64,000 nucleotides of DNA. Source: a virus. A program made the translations under genes and the position numbers. A model generated the notes under the pieces. That model saw only the letters and a program-made list of their open reading frames with translations. It was not told the origin of the DNA and did not search any database. How positions within the stretch are numbered: position 1 is the first letter of the stretch; each line of letters opens with the position of its first letter. Where the stretch lies: positions 52,741 to 116,740 of the IMG/VR virus record IMGVR_UViG_3300025853_009406; one strand, 5' to 3'. Positions 17,542 to 26,519 of the stretch are shown in pieces.

Positions 17542-17732
17542 TATTTGCCCCTTAAATATTGCAACCACCACTTACGAGAATTCAATCCACCTTTTGCATA
17601 AGTCTTTTTATTTCTTTTTCTGACAGGAGGCAAATCTCCAGCTTCATGAGTTCCAGCAATTTGACCAGAACCTAAAGTCATTCCCTCCTCATTTAGAGTT
17701 CTAACAATAGAAATAATCTTGTTTATATCCAT
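17541..17732 (-). CDS. Small hypothetical late protein
   Basis: MDINKIISIVRTLNEE...SRKWWLQYL. Confidence 0.6.
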   Translation of the reverse strand: MDINKIISIVRTLNEEGMTLGSGQIAGTHEAGDLPPVRKRNKKTYAKGGLNSRKWWLQYLRGK

Positions 17733-18103
17733 TAGATAGAGTTTAATGTGCGTGTACAATAATCATCATCAGGTATATTATTTAATTCAGTTTTTGGATA
17801 TTCTGGTATTCTTTTAAGAAAAATTAAAAAACTTTTTAGCGATGGCCACAAGTCTTCTTCCATATTATAGAAAAGCAAAGGAACTGCGGCATCATCAAAT
17901 ACATTAAATAAGACAGTTAAATGATTAAGTAAAAGATGGGACTTTAAAATCCCATCTTTTCTATATTTACGCAATAATTTTTTTATATATCGTATTCTCT
18001 TCAAATCCTCATCAAAATCATCCTTAGTCAAAGCTTGGGGATTATTATAAAATTTTATAGCGAAAAGCATATAATTACTTTCCGTCAATTCATTAAATCT
18101 CAT
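17732..18103 (-). CDS. Conserved T4-like hypothetical protein
   Basis: FAIKFYNNP...EDLKRIRYIKKL...HLLLNH..LFNVF. Confidence 0.75.
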   Translation of the reverse strand: MRFNELTESNYMLFAIKFYNNPQALTKDDFDEDLKRIRYIKKLLRKYRKDGILKSHLLLNHLTVLFNVFDDAAVPLLFYNMEEDLWPSLKSFLIFLKRIPEYPKTELNNIPDDDYCTRTLNSI

Positions 18104-18119
18104 ATTACATCAGTCTAAA

Positions 18120-18644
18120 TCAAGAATCAGGTAAGATATCATCGTCTGCGGTTCCACCAGGACCAGCATCTCCAGTAATGTGGCTACCTGCAACTAATAC
18201 TTCAGTCTTAACTCTAAGTACTTGTCCACCAGCACCATCTGTTCCCATGTAGGTTGTAATTCCAACCCATCCAGCATGAGCAGGTTTGTATTGTGACCCA
18301 TCGTCAACGGCAGCAGTTTGCTCTGCTACATCTACACCATAAATTTCCTCACCACCCCAATTGGAGTCTTCATTGACATAAACTGGTTGCTCAGAAATGT
18401 TATATGTTACAGCACTAATTGCAGTTCCATCAAGACCAGTGGTATTGACGATTGTGCATGTGGTATTTCCTGTACGCTCATTTATAACTGCGCTTCCTTT
18501 ACCTGTAATGGTAATAACCGCACCCTCAATGGTGGCAGCAGCAGGAAGAGTGGCACCACCAGCGAAAGTTGCAACCTTAGTTGTAAGGTCAACGCTAACG
18601 GTACCAGTCGAGTATAAAGAGTCTGATGATCCCCAAAGAGACAT
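18120..18644 (-). CDS. Putative virion structural protein
   Basis: MSLWG N-terminus, AHAGWV..RVKTEVLVA C-terminus; late promoter at 18674-18681. Confidence 0.65.
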   Translation of the reverse strand: MSLWGSSDSLYSTGTVSVDLTTKVATFAGGATLPAAATIEGAVITITGKGSAVINERTGNTTCTIVNTTGLDGTAISAVTYNISEQPVYVNEDSNWGGEEIYGVDVAEQTAAVDDGSQYKPAHAGWVGITTYMGTDGAGGQVLRVKTEVLVAGSHITGDAGPGGTADDDILPDS

Positions 18645-18683
18645 GTTTTCTTACCTTTAATTCTTTATATTGATATTTATAAA

Positions 18684-18887
18684 TTATTCCGCTTCCCTGG
18701 CAAGAATCGCTTTCTTAACAACTTCAAGAAGTTGATCGTCCATATCAGTTTTAGTTAACTTAACCGCTTTACCCAAGATAATAAGACAGATCTCAACCAA
18801 CTTTTCACCGAGTTCTTCGTTTTCTGGAATTTTGTTAACGGCATCTGAGATTACCTTTGAGGCGATTGGGAGTAAAAATGCAAGCAT
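18684..18887 (-). CDS. Small hypothetical protein
   Basis: KAVKLTKTDMDDQLL motif. Confidence 0.7.
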   Translation of the reverse strand: MLAFLLPIASKVISDAVNKIPENEELGEKLVEICLIILGKAVKLTKTDMDDQLLEVVKKAILAREAE

Positions 18888-18923
18888 GATCTTATACCAA
18901 ATGATCTACAAATATATAGGAGA

Positions 18924-19319
18924 TCATTTTTTATTTTTTGCTGCTTCCACTTCTTTTGTAAAGTCTTTGAATGATTTTCTTCCAGGAGAATCGGCATGTT
19001 TAAATGTACGTTTCTTTTTAGAAGACTTATCAATTTCCCTCATTTTCAAAGCATCGCTAACTTTTCTTCTCAAACTTGGTCTTCCTATAGGTGGTTTAGT
19101 CTTATCAATCGCTCTCGCAATTTTTAAACCAACACCTTCTTCAACTTTCTTCTTTTCAGGAAGACCTTTATGCTTAGTAGAAGCAAAGTCTTTTACATCC
19201 TTCTTTTTCATAGAGGCAGCAACTTCGGCAGTTTCGGGAGTTGTAGGTGCCATCTCACCTTTTTGGATGGCACGAACTATTCCAAAAAACTTTTGCTGGG
19301 CTTTAGATACTGCAGGCAT
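18924..19319 (-). CDS. Basic DUF3008-like protein
   Basis: MPAVSKAQQKFFG...KDVKDFASTKHKGLPEKK. Confidence 0.7.
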   Translation of the reverse strand: MPAVSKAQQKFFGIVRAIQKGEMAPTTPETAEVAASMKKKDVKDFASTKHKGLPEKKKVEEGVGLKIARAIDKTKPPIGRPSLRRKVSDALKMREIDKSSKKKRTFKHADSPGRKSFKDFTKEVEAAKNKK

Positions 19320-19320
19320 A

Positions 19321-20490
19321 TCACTTCCTTTGGGTTTTCTTTGCCATAACTGCTTTATCACCGTACTTTGCTTTAAGATCTCCAACTACTTTATCAAATG
19401 CAGACATTTGAGTGTCTCCAGATGATTTCTTCTTAGGACCTGTTGCTGTTCTGGGGGGACGACGATAATCAGTATTACCGTCAACACCACCACGCTCCAT
19501 ACGCTGATCTCTTAGACGATCTTCCGCAGATTCAATCATATCACCTTCCATATCATAAGACATTTTGATACCCATTGCTCTCAACTTGTTCCTACCAAGA
19601 TTAATTTTTGTCTTCATAGATCTTGGATCTTCATCATTGTTTTTCTCTTCAGGTTTACTAGAATCACAACCCTCACTATAATTCAAAGGAAGTTTTCCTT
19701 GCTTTTGCATTTGCATTGTCTGCCTTTGAAGCATCATTTTCTTCTGAAGCATTTTTTTCTTCATTTCAATTTCTTTTTGATCCTCTGGATTAGCAGACTC
19801 AACAGTTGGCTTCAAGTTAATATATTTTTTATTATTAACTTTTTTACCAGTTATTTTATCACCACAGGATCCACAATCTTTTTCATAGATAACTTCTTCA
19901 CCAACAGATTCTTTTCTAGTATCTTGCCCATCAGGTTTTCCACCCTTCTTACGCTGAATAGCGTTATGAACTGCACCAGCATGTTCTTTAGAAGAAGATT
20001 CTACTTTACCATCTCCATCATAATCTTTCTTTGCCTTTTTCTTAGTACTATCATAAGAAGTCATTTCAACTGAGGCAATATTTGGATTTGCGCGAAGTTC
20101 TGCAATCTTTGCACGAGTCGCATCTCTTGTGTATGAATTACCAGTCTTCTTATCAGTTACTCTAATATGATACTTTTGGTCCTCTTCTGTAAAAACTTTT
20201 TTAAAAACACTTTTTACAGTATCTTCTGCAAGTTGTGGAATATTATACTCTTCTTTTAATCCACCAGTAAGTTTTTTCTTTGCTAAAGCTTTAACAGCAG
20301 AGGGTGCTGGAGATTTTGCCAATTGTGCAAGATAAGCTTTTGCAACTTGAGCAGGATTAAGATTAGTTTGTCCACTCAGGGATTTTCTAACTTTGTATTT
20401 TACATCTGATGCAAGTTGGGATGCTTGCTTTTCAATATCAGTATCACCAGCGGCATGACCACGGCGAGCACCGCCTGTATTTTTAGACAT
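19321..20490 (-). CDS. Charged, low-complexity probable internal head protein
   Basis: K/E-rich, KDYDGDGKVES motif; late promoter (ATAAATA) near 20519-20529. Confidence 0.65.
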   Translation of the reverse strand: MSKNTGGARRGHAAGDTDIEKQASQLASDVKYKVRKSLSGQTNLNPAQVAKAYLAQLAKSPAPSAVKALAKKKLTGGLKEEYNIPQLAEDTVKSVFKKVFTEEDQKYHIRVTDKKTGNSYTRDATRAKIAELRANPNIASVEMTSYDSTKKKAKKDYDGDGKVESSSKEHAGAVHNAIQRKKGGKPDGQDTRKESVGEEVIYEKDCGSCGDKITGKKVNNKKYINLKPTVESANPEDQKEIEMKKKMLQKKMMLQRQTMQMQKQGKLPLNYSEGCDSSKPEEKNNDEDPRSMKTKINLGRNKLRAMGIKMSYDMEGDMIESAEDRLRDQRMERGGVDGNTDYRRPPRTATGPKKKSSGDTQMSAFDKVVGDLKAKYGDKAVMAKKTQRK

Positions 20491-20505
20491 GGAAATCTCG
20501 TAATT

Positions 20506-21723
20506 CTACTTTTTTCTATATTTATTTATGAATTGCTTACTCCAACATCCTGGCACCATACCTTCAACATACTTCCTATAAGAATCTGTACCAACAAGTC
20601 TTTGATCTGCAGGAACTCCTTGTTTTGCTTTACTATTTACAACCGCTTCATTTACATCCTTAATCCAAGACTTAAACATAATCTTATCTTCAGTTACACA
20701 AATTAAGTAATTAGTTCCACGACGAATTATCTTACCAACTAATCCAGTATTTACATTCTCTACAATTTGACCTACTTTGAAAATTTTATTATTAACAAAG
20801 TTTTCACGAAGATTTTTCCAATCAAATTTAGGAGCAATCTCCCAGAGATTCCATCCTTCTTTAATTTGCATAGCAGTGCGAAGATTATTGTAAAGTTCTC
20901 TTGCCTGCTTATTATTCAAAGTTGATGGAACACCTTTGCGGAATGATGCAAAGTCTCCTTCTGCTGCTGCCTTTCTCTGCTTGGATGCAGACATGCCAGA
21001 AACATCATCACCATCAGGATCTCTATCACCTGCCGAACGAACTTCTACATTATCAAAAGCATATAATTTTCCATTATAATTGTTTGAAAGATTTTCAAAT
21101 TCTTTTACCCTGTCTCCACCACCGATAATACGAACACCAGAATATCCATCCATGTGCGCCTTCTTCAAGACATCAAATATAGTACGATTTTGTGGGTCAT
21201 TAACAATTTTCTCACTATGCTGAGGGAACATCTGACGCATCACAGATACTTTAGTATCAGCATCTAATGGATTTTTTTTCTTATCATTAGATCTTGAAGG
21301 GACAATAATATAATCACCATCATCAGAACTTGATGCTACGGTATCCAAAAGTTTTTCATGACCAGTTGTTGGTGGATTAAAACGTCCAAATGCAATAGTC
21401 AGTGTACCTTTAGTTTTTTCAACCTCTGGTGGAACCATAGGTGGTTTTTCTGATGTTGGTTGTTTTTGAGTTTCAACTCCTGCTGCTGGTTCTGAAGTCG
21501 TATTTGAAAGATTTTTTTCCTTATCAGTTTGTGGAGGATCTTGCTTCCCAACTCTTTGTCTTTTATTAAAAAACTTTAATCTTCCTTTTTCCGTTTTCGC
21601 TACAAATTCACCATCTTTATCATACCAACCACCATGACCATCACTCTGCAATCCCATTCTAGAAGCTTGTTGGACTGCTACTGATGCTGATGCTTCCTTG
21701 ATAAAATTTAAAAAACTTTTCAT
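20506..21723 (-). CDS. Cytidylyltransferase-like (HxGH) nucleotidyltransferase
   Basis: FGRFNPPTTGHEKL, GGDRV, MSASKQR; N-terminus MKSFLNFIKE resembles a T4 capsid-targeting sequence. Confidence 0.85.
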   Translation of the reverse strand: MKSFLNFIKEASASVAVQQASRMGLQSDGHGGWYDKDGEFVAKTEKGRLKFFNKRQRVGKQDPPQTDKEKNLSNTTSEPAAGVETQKQPTSEKPPMVPPEVEKTKGTLTIAFGRFNPPTTGHEKLLDTVASSSDDGDYIIVPSRSNDKKKNPLDADTKVSVMRQMFPQHSEKIVNDPQNRTIFDVLKKAHMDGYSGVRIIGGGDRVKEFENLSNNYNGKLYAFDNVEVRSAGDRDPDGDDVSGMSASKQRKAAAEGDFASFRKGVPSTLNNKQARELYNNLRTAMQIKEGWNLWEIAPKFDWKNLRENFVNNKIFKVGQIVENVNTGLVGKIIRRGTNYLICVTEDKIMFKSWIKDVNEAVVNSKAKQGVPADQRLVGTDSYRKYVEGMVPGCWSKQFINKYRKK

Positions 21724-22910
21724 TTATCCCAATTTTTCGCTACTGTAAAGTTCGCTTTACTAAATTCTAAACGATCTACAAGTTTTAATGCAGATCCAGA
21801 TTTGATTGCAACAAATCCTTCTGGTGAAGTCTGTCTGTAACCATCTTCGGTGTTTATAAACGTCCCGAGAGATTTAACCTTTTCAAGTTGTCTAATTACA
21901 ATTGTTTTTGCAGTTTGAAGATTCATATAAGAAGCAACTGTCATATAAACAGATTGCTTATTTTTTTGTATGAAATTCAAACCATCTATCTTCATCTTTA
22001 GATATTTATTCTTAGTTGTTTTTGTCTTTTTGGACATTATTTCTTTATCCAAGACATCAGAATAATAATTTGAAAATTGTGATGTTACTTCTCTAACGTT
22101 TGGCAAACGTTTTCCGTTCTTAACATAGGTATTGAAATACATTTTAAAAAGTTTTGACATGATGAATTTCGATTCGCCTGTAGATGTCAAAACATCTAAA
22201 AATTTAGAAGCTTGCTTTAATGATCCTTCAGCCCGATTTACTGCAGATATATATTTCCTATATTCTGGTTCAGTAAAATTAGCAATTCCAGTTGCATCAG
22301 TAAAAGAAGCAGATGCAACATAAACATCAGATGTTTTAGTCAAATTGGAAGTATTAGCACCAAATGAAGCAGACATTTCTGGAATAGTTTCTCCAGTATA
22401 TTTTGTATGGAATACTATTCCTATTTTTGCAGTTTTAATAATATCCGCTAATGGAGATTGAATATCGACAGCATATGTTATTGTATTTGGTCTAAAAGAA
22501 ATTACTCTTTCACCATTAATTGTTTGTACAGATTTATCATCAGTAAACAAAAGATCTCCTTGCAAAACTCCAGTTATGTTTAATTTTTTCAAGTGCTTCA
22601 AACATAATTTTAATTTTGCTGCCAATTGCCCAGTATACCAAAGATCAATATCTTCTTCATGATAGCATATCTTAGGTTCTGTTTTTGCAAAAACTGATTT
22701 CGTTCCAACAAAAAATAAATTTGTTTGTGGATCTACACCACAAACAATAGCTGGAGCACCATCCCATTTAGTGGTAACACTAATTGATGATGTTTTTTGA
22801 TGTAGCATATCACCAAGTTCTCTCAAAAATGCTATAGCATTTTTTCCACCATCGGATCCATTATTAAGAATGTCATCTTCTAAATGTTCTAAGTGTGTGT
22901 TCTTTGCCAT
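21720..22910 (-). CDS. Conserved phage protein with ligase-type nucleotidyltransferase motifs (DUF6267-like)
   Basis: HLEHLED, TTKWDGAP (KxDG), LQGDLLF, PEGFVA, KLVDRLEFS. Confidence 0.7.
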   Translation of the reverse strand: MAKNTHLEHLEDDILNNGSDGGKNAIAFLRELGDMLHQKTSSISVTTKWDGAPAIVCGVDPQTNLFFVGTKSVFAKTEPKICYHEEDIDLWYTGQLAAKLKLCLKHLKKLNITGVLQGDLLFTDDKSVQTINGERVISFRPNTITYAVDIQSPLADIIKTAKIGIVFHTKYTGETIPEMSASFGANTSNLTKTSDVYVASASFTDATGIANFTEPEYRKYISAVNRAEGSLKQASKFLDVLTSTGESKFIMSKLFKMYFNTYVKNGKRLPNVREVTSQFSNYYSDVLDKEIMSKKTKTTKNKYLKMKIDGLNFIQKNKQSVYMTVASYMNLQTAKTIVIRQLEKVKSLGTFINTEDGYRQTSPEGFVAIKSGSALKLVDRLEFSKANFTVAKNWDK

Positions 22911-24274
22911 TATGCTTGAACTCCAAGTCTGTCGTTAAGTGGTGAACCTTTGGATGCTTTAGTTCTCAATACAAGTCTACTGTTTACATTAAATTCATTA
23001 TGAAACTTGTTCTCAATCTTGAACTCTGGCATCCCGTTGTTGTTAATCTTGAACTTATAATAAGACACTTTCTCCATGAGAAAGTCCCTAACAATTTCAA
23101 GATAGTTAAGACCACTAGTGCGTCTTTGACTAATCTTTCCTACAGCAACTGCCATTAGATAAGAAAGTTGATTGTACTTACCTTTCGCTCCAGTGGTCAA
23201 AGATGGATTGCTAAGATACCTTGCACCACTCATCCAAGTATCGTACATTGAATTCCAGGTTTCCATATTATCATCGATGATTGTATCAGTAAAATTTTGA
23301 TGTGAAGGGTTCTCTGGTATGATCTTATCTAGATTAGCAGGTAGAACGCTCTTAAAGGGTTGAGTCTGTGCCAGATATCTGATTGTCTCATATGTGGTCT
23401 CGGCAACGCCCTTATTGGTTTGACCTAAAAGACGAAGAACTTCATATTCTGGAGTATTCTTAAACTTAATGATAAAAGCATCTCGTGCATTATCATCCAC
23501 AAATTTCATTAGGTCTTGTGGTTTAATAACGTTAGTTGTGGAAGACATTGCTTTCACAGAGAAAGGATACTCTCTACCTTCAGTGTCATTTATTATAAAA
23601 TCAACCAAAGGATAATTTCCTGCTGTTGGCACAAATATAGATGCATTATTCACATTCAAATTGGCAAAACCCATCTTTACCAAATAGGAACTTCCTCTTT
23701 GTAAGACACATATTGGTGCTATTAATTCACTAAAATCTTTAATTATTAGATTGACACATGAACTATAAGCAGAATCATTTAGTAAAGAATATGCTGAAAC
23801 TAAATCTACTCTATCTCTCTGACTATGTGTATTACAATATTCAACCAATTGAATAAGATAGTTTTTTACAACATCTGGTAAATCAGATCTATTATTAATA
23901 GATCCCATTATATTATTATAATAGTCCGAAAAACTTAATCTAGTACCACCAACATTTGGAAAATCTTGTGGTTTTAATGAAAAACTAACTCTATTAGATC
24001 CAGTTGAAGGTTTTCTTATTCCTAAACTTCTAACCCAACCCTGTACTGGATCATTATCACCTTGCCTGTATGTAACAGGCATTCTGGGAATATAGTTTGG
24101 TGCATTTATTGGTCCAACATGTATTACTGCATTTTTAGGAATCGTACCAACTTTCTTAGCAGTTCTGCTACTACCATTATAGAGTATTAGATCTTCTTTA
24201 GATGTAGTTTGTACTCCTCTTCTAAAGGCAGAAACATATCTACTCCACACTTGATTAAGTGGTCTTGCAGACAT
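22910..24274 (-). CDS. Hypothetical protein, putative PD-(D/E)xK-like nuclease
   Basis: FSELIAP...PTAGNYPLVDFII...FSVK; SH3-like N-terminus; late promoter CTAAATA at 24297-24303. Confidence 0.5.
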   Translation of the reverse strand: MSARPLNQVWSRYVSAFRRGVQTTSKEDLILYNGSSRTAKKVGTIPKNAVIHVGPINAPNYIPRMPVTYRQGDNDPVQGWVRSLGIRKPSTGSNRVSFSLKPQDFPNVGGTRLSFSDYYNNIMGSINNRSDLPDVVKNYLIQLVEYCNTHSQRDRVDLVSAYSLLNDSAYSSCVNLIIKDFSELIAPICVLQRGSSYLVKMGFANLNVNNASIFVPTAGNYPLVDFIINDTEGREYPFSVKAMSSTTNVIKPQDLMKFVDDNARDAFIIKFKNTPEYEVLRLLGQTNKGVAETTYETIRYLAQTQPFKSVLPANLDKIIPENPSHQNFTDTIIDDNMETWNSMYDTWMSGARYLSNPSLTTGAKGKYNQLSYLMAVAVGKISQRRTSGLNYLEIVRDFLMEKVSYYKFKINNNGMPEFKIENKFHNEFNVNSRLVLRTKASKGSPLNDRLGVQA

Positions 24275-24304
24275 TTTTTAACAACACACTTTCTTTTATT
24301 TAGT

Positions 24305-24829
24305 TCAAGTAGCGAAAATTTGAATAGTACATCTAAAATCTTTTGCATGGGGTGATATTGGTGTCACCATATGTAATTGTTTTTCATCATTTATAATGAT
24401 CATATTTTCTTCTGGTACAACACATCTGAACATATCAATTTCACATTGTTCATCTTCTTCACTTTTCCACATAAAAAGACCACCATCATATGTCTCACTC
24501 GTATTCAGATATAGAGTAGCACCAAATATATAATCATGATCATTGTGATCAGAAATAGCAGAATAAGAATCCCAAATATAATATTGAAATGCCAAAGAAT
24601 TGTAAGTATAATTTTTAAAAATTACAGATAACTCTTCTTCTAGTTTTTCAACTATAGATTTATCTGTAATTGGTGTCATCATACATGGACCATCAATATT
24701 TTTTAATAAACTAGGTTCCCATCTGAAAGAACTAGATCCCCATACGTTTTCTTTTACTTTATTTGATATTAAATCTGTTTTACATGCATCCAGAAGTTGA
24801 TCACTTAAAACATCAATAAAAATTTTCAT
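24305..24829 (-). CDS. 2OG-Fe(II) oxygenase
   Basis: HND, TLYLN..GG, HMVTP, R.TIQ. Confidence 0.85.
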   Translation of the reverse strand: MKIFIDVLSDQLLDACKTDLISNKVKENVWGSSSFRWEPSLLKNIDGPCMMTPITDKSIVEKLEEELSVIFKNYTYNSLAFQYYIWDSYSAISDHNDHDYIFGATLYLNTSETYDGGLFMWKSEEDEQCEIDMFRCVVPEENMIIINDEKQLHMVTPISPHAKDFRCTIQIFAT

Positions 24830-25044
24830 TTGTTTTCTTCTGAAAGAAATTCATCAATCTGCTCATCAATATCATTAATTACATTACGAATTTCTACAAT
24901 TCGTGGTGGAACATACTTAGGATCATAAGTATATCCTTTGGTATCAGTAAAAAGTGATGCACGAACTGCTGCTGCCTGATATACAGACAGTTCTAATGTT
25001 ACTTTCTTTTCTTCACTCACAGGTCTACCCCCTTCACTTTCCAA
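24826..25044 (-). CDS. Small hypothetical protein
   Basis: ORF track; probable GTG start at 25020. Confidence 0.6.
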   Translation of the reverse strand: MESEGGRPVSEEKKVTLELSVYQAAAVRASLFTDTKGYTYDPKYVPPRIVEIRNVINDIDEQIDEFLSEENK

Positions 25045-25178
25045 TCTGGGTCAAATTCTTTTCTTGCTTTGGACAAAACTTCAATCTTTTCTTTCAGTTC
25101 CTCTTCCGAATCTGCTTCAACAACCCAATCAGTAATACCTAAATTGGGGAGATTGATAGTTGCTGATACTTTACTCAC
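25017..25178 (-). CDS. Small hypothetical protein (53 aa, GTG start)
   Basis: MSKVSATINLPNLG...KVKGVDL; translationally coupled on both sides. Confidence 0.55.
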   Translation of the reverse strand: MSKVSATINLPNLGITDWVVEADSEEELKEKIEVLSKARKEFDPDWKVKGVDL

Positions 25179-25582
25179 AGGTCTCCCTCCGCACGATTTT
25201 CAGAATAGTATACATCAAATGCACCACCAGGATATCGTGCTTCAAGTTTCTTGACATTACGTGCAATCACTTCGTCAAAAGAAACTTCAAGTGCCATACA
25301 TGCCTGAGCAGCATACCACATAAGGTCACCAAGTTCAATAATCATGTGCTCACGATTATCTTCGTTGAACGGTTTACCTTGAAAAATCATCTTCTTAATG
25401 ATCTCAAGAAACTCACCACCTTCGGCATTGATACCTACACCAGCAGTCAGAAGACGTTCGATGTTTGCACCTTTCTCATCGAGTTCAACCAAGCGATCAG
25501 AAAGTGCCACAAAGTCTGTAGATGCTTCAGAAGTAACCGCATCTACAAATTTTTCGTAACGTTGAAAGTCAATTTTAGTCAT
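25175..25582 (-). CDS. mazG: MazG nucleotide pyrophosphohydrolase
   Basis: AEGGEFLEIIKK, ELGDLMWY, NVKKLEARYP. Confidence 0.93.
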   Translation of the reverse strand: MTKIDFQRYEKFVDAVTSEASTDFVALSDRLVELDEKGANIERLLTAGVGINAEGGEFLEIIKKMIFQGKPFNEDNREHMIIELGDLMWYAAQACMALEVSFDEVIARNVKKLEARYPGGAFDVYYSENRAEGDL

Positions 25583-25896
25583 ACTTCAAAAGGTTGTTGT
25601 TGATTTTGTTTCAGTTGTTTTAGTTTTGGGGAAGGGAACATCTCATCAAATTCTTCTTCAGAAACGTTTTTCCAAGAACCACCGACACCACCGTTCATAT
25701 TGACGACAATATCACTAGTTGGAAGTTGTTTATTGTTGGCAATATCAATTATATCACCAGGAAGAGGATTGAACATAAAGTAGTGTCCATCCCATCTTCG
25801 ATTTCTCATATTCATGAGATTGACTGCATCTCTTTCGATGCCACAGTCAACAATTTTTTCCCCTTTAGGATTAAATACAGAATAATAACCGTTCAT
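25579..25896 (-). CDS. Hypothetical protein
   Basis: 105-aa ORF coupled to mazG. Confidence 0.6.
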   Translation of the reverse strand: MNGYYSVFNPKGEKIVDCGIERDAVNLMNMRNRRWDGHYFMFNPLPGDIIDIANNKQLPTSDIVVNMNGGVGGSWKNVSEEEFDEMFPSPKLKQLKQNQQQPFEV

Positions 25897-25941
25897 ATTA
25901 TGTTATTTTCTTTTAAATTTTAATTCCTTTTGTACTATTTG

Positions 25942-26517
25942 TCAACTAATTTGATGTATCCAACAATATTCAGATACATCAAATTGTTTTATTTTTTCAT
26001 TAACTGCAGGATAAACACCACAGGAATCTTTATCATCAGGATTATAATCATGACCAGCTAAGATTCCTCCAATTTTTACTTTTGGTTTCCAATAATCTAT
26101 ATCATTACAAACGTCATCATATTCATGAGAAGCATCTAAAAATACAAAATCTAAACTTTTATCTTCAAAATGAGTAGATGCTTCCAAAGAAGACATTCTG
26201 AGAGGAGTATAATACTTTTCAACTGGTTTCATATTATTTAAAAAAGTATTATATAACATATGAATATTTGGTTCATATGCATGATGATTTCTATCATAAT
26301 GCTCTCTACTCCCCAACCAATGGTCAACGCAATAAAATTGAATATCTTTGTTGGAATTAGCAATTTCCACTGCCATAAACGAAGAAGATTTTCCTTTCCA
26401 GGATCCAACTTCAACAAATTTACTGCCAGATGAAAATTTTTCAACTACAGATTTATATAAATTTGGATAAGAAAACCAATGTTGTCCAAAGTTTGAATTT
26501 TGATAGATATGATCCAT
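25942..26517 (-). CDS. Class I SAM-dependent methyltransferase (Methyltransf_24-like)
   Basis: VEVGSWKGKS, VDHW, FVFLDASHEY, GGILAGHDY. Confidence 0.88.
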   Translation of the reverse strand: MDHIYQNSNFGQHWFSYPNLYKSVVEKFSSGSKFVEVGSWKGKSSSFMAVEIANSNKDIQFYCVDHWLGSREHYDRNHHAYEPNIHMLYNTFLNNMKPVEKYYTPLRMSSLEASTHFEDKSLDFVFLDASHEYDDVCNDIDYWKPKVKIGGILAGHDYNPDDKDSCGVYPAVNEKIKQFDVSEYCWIHQIS

Positions 26518-26519
26518 TA

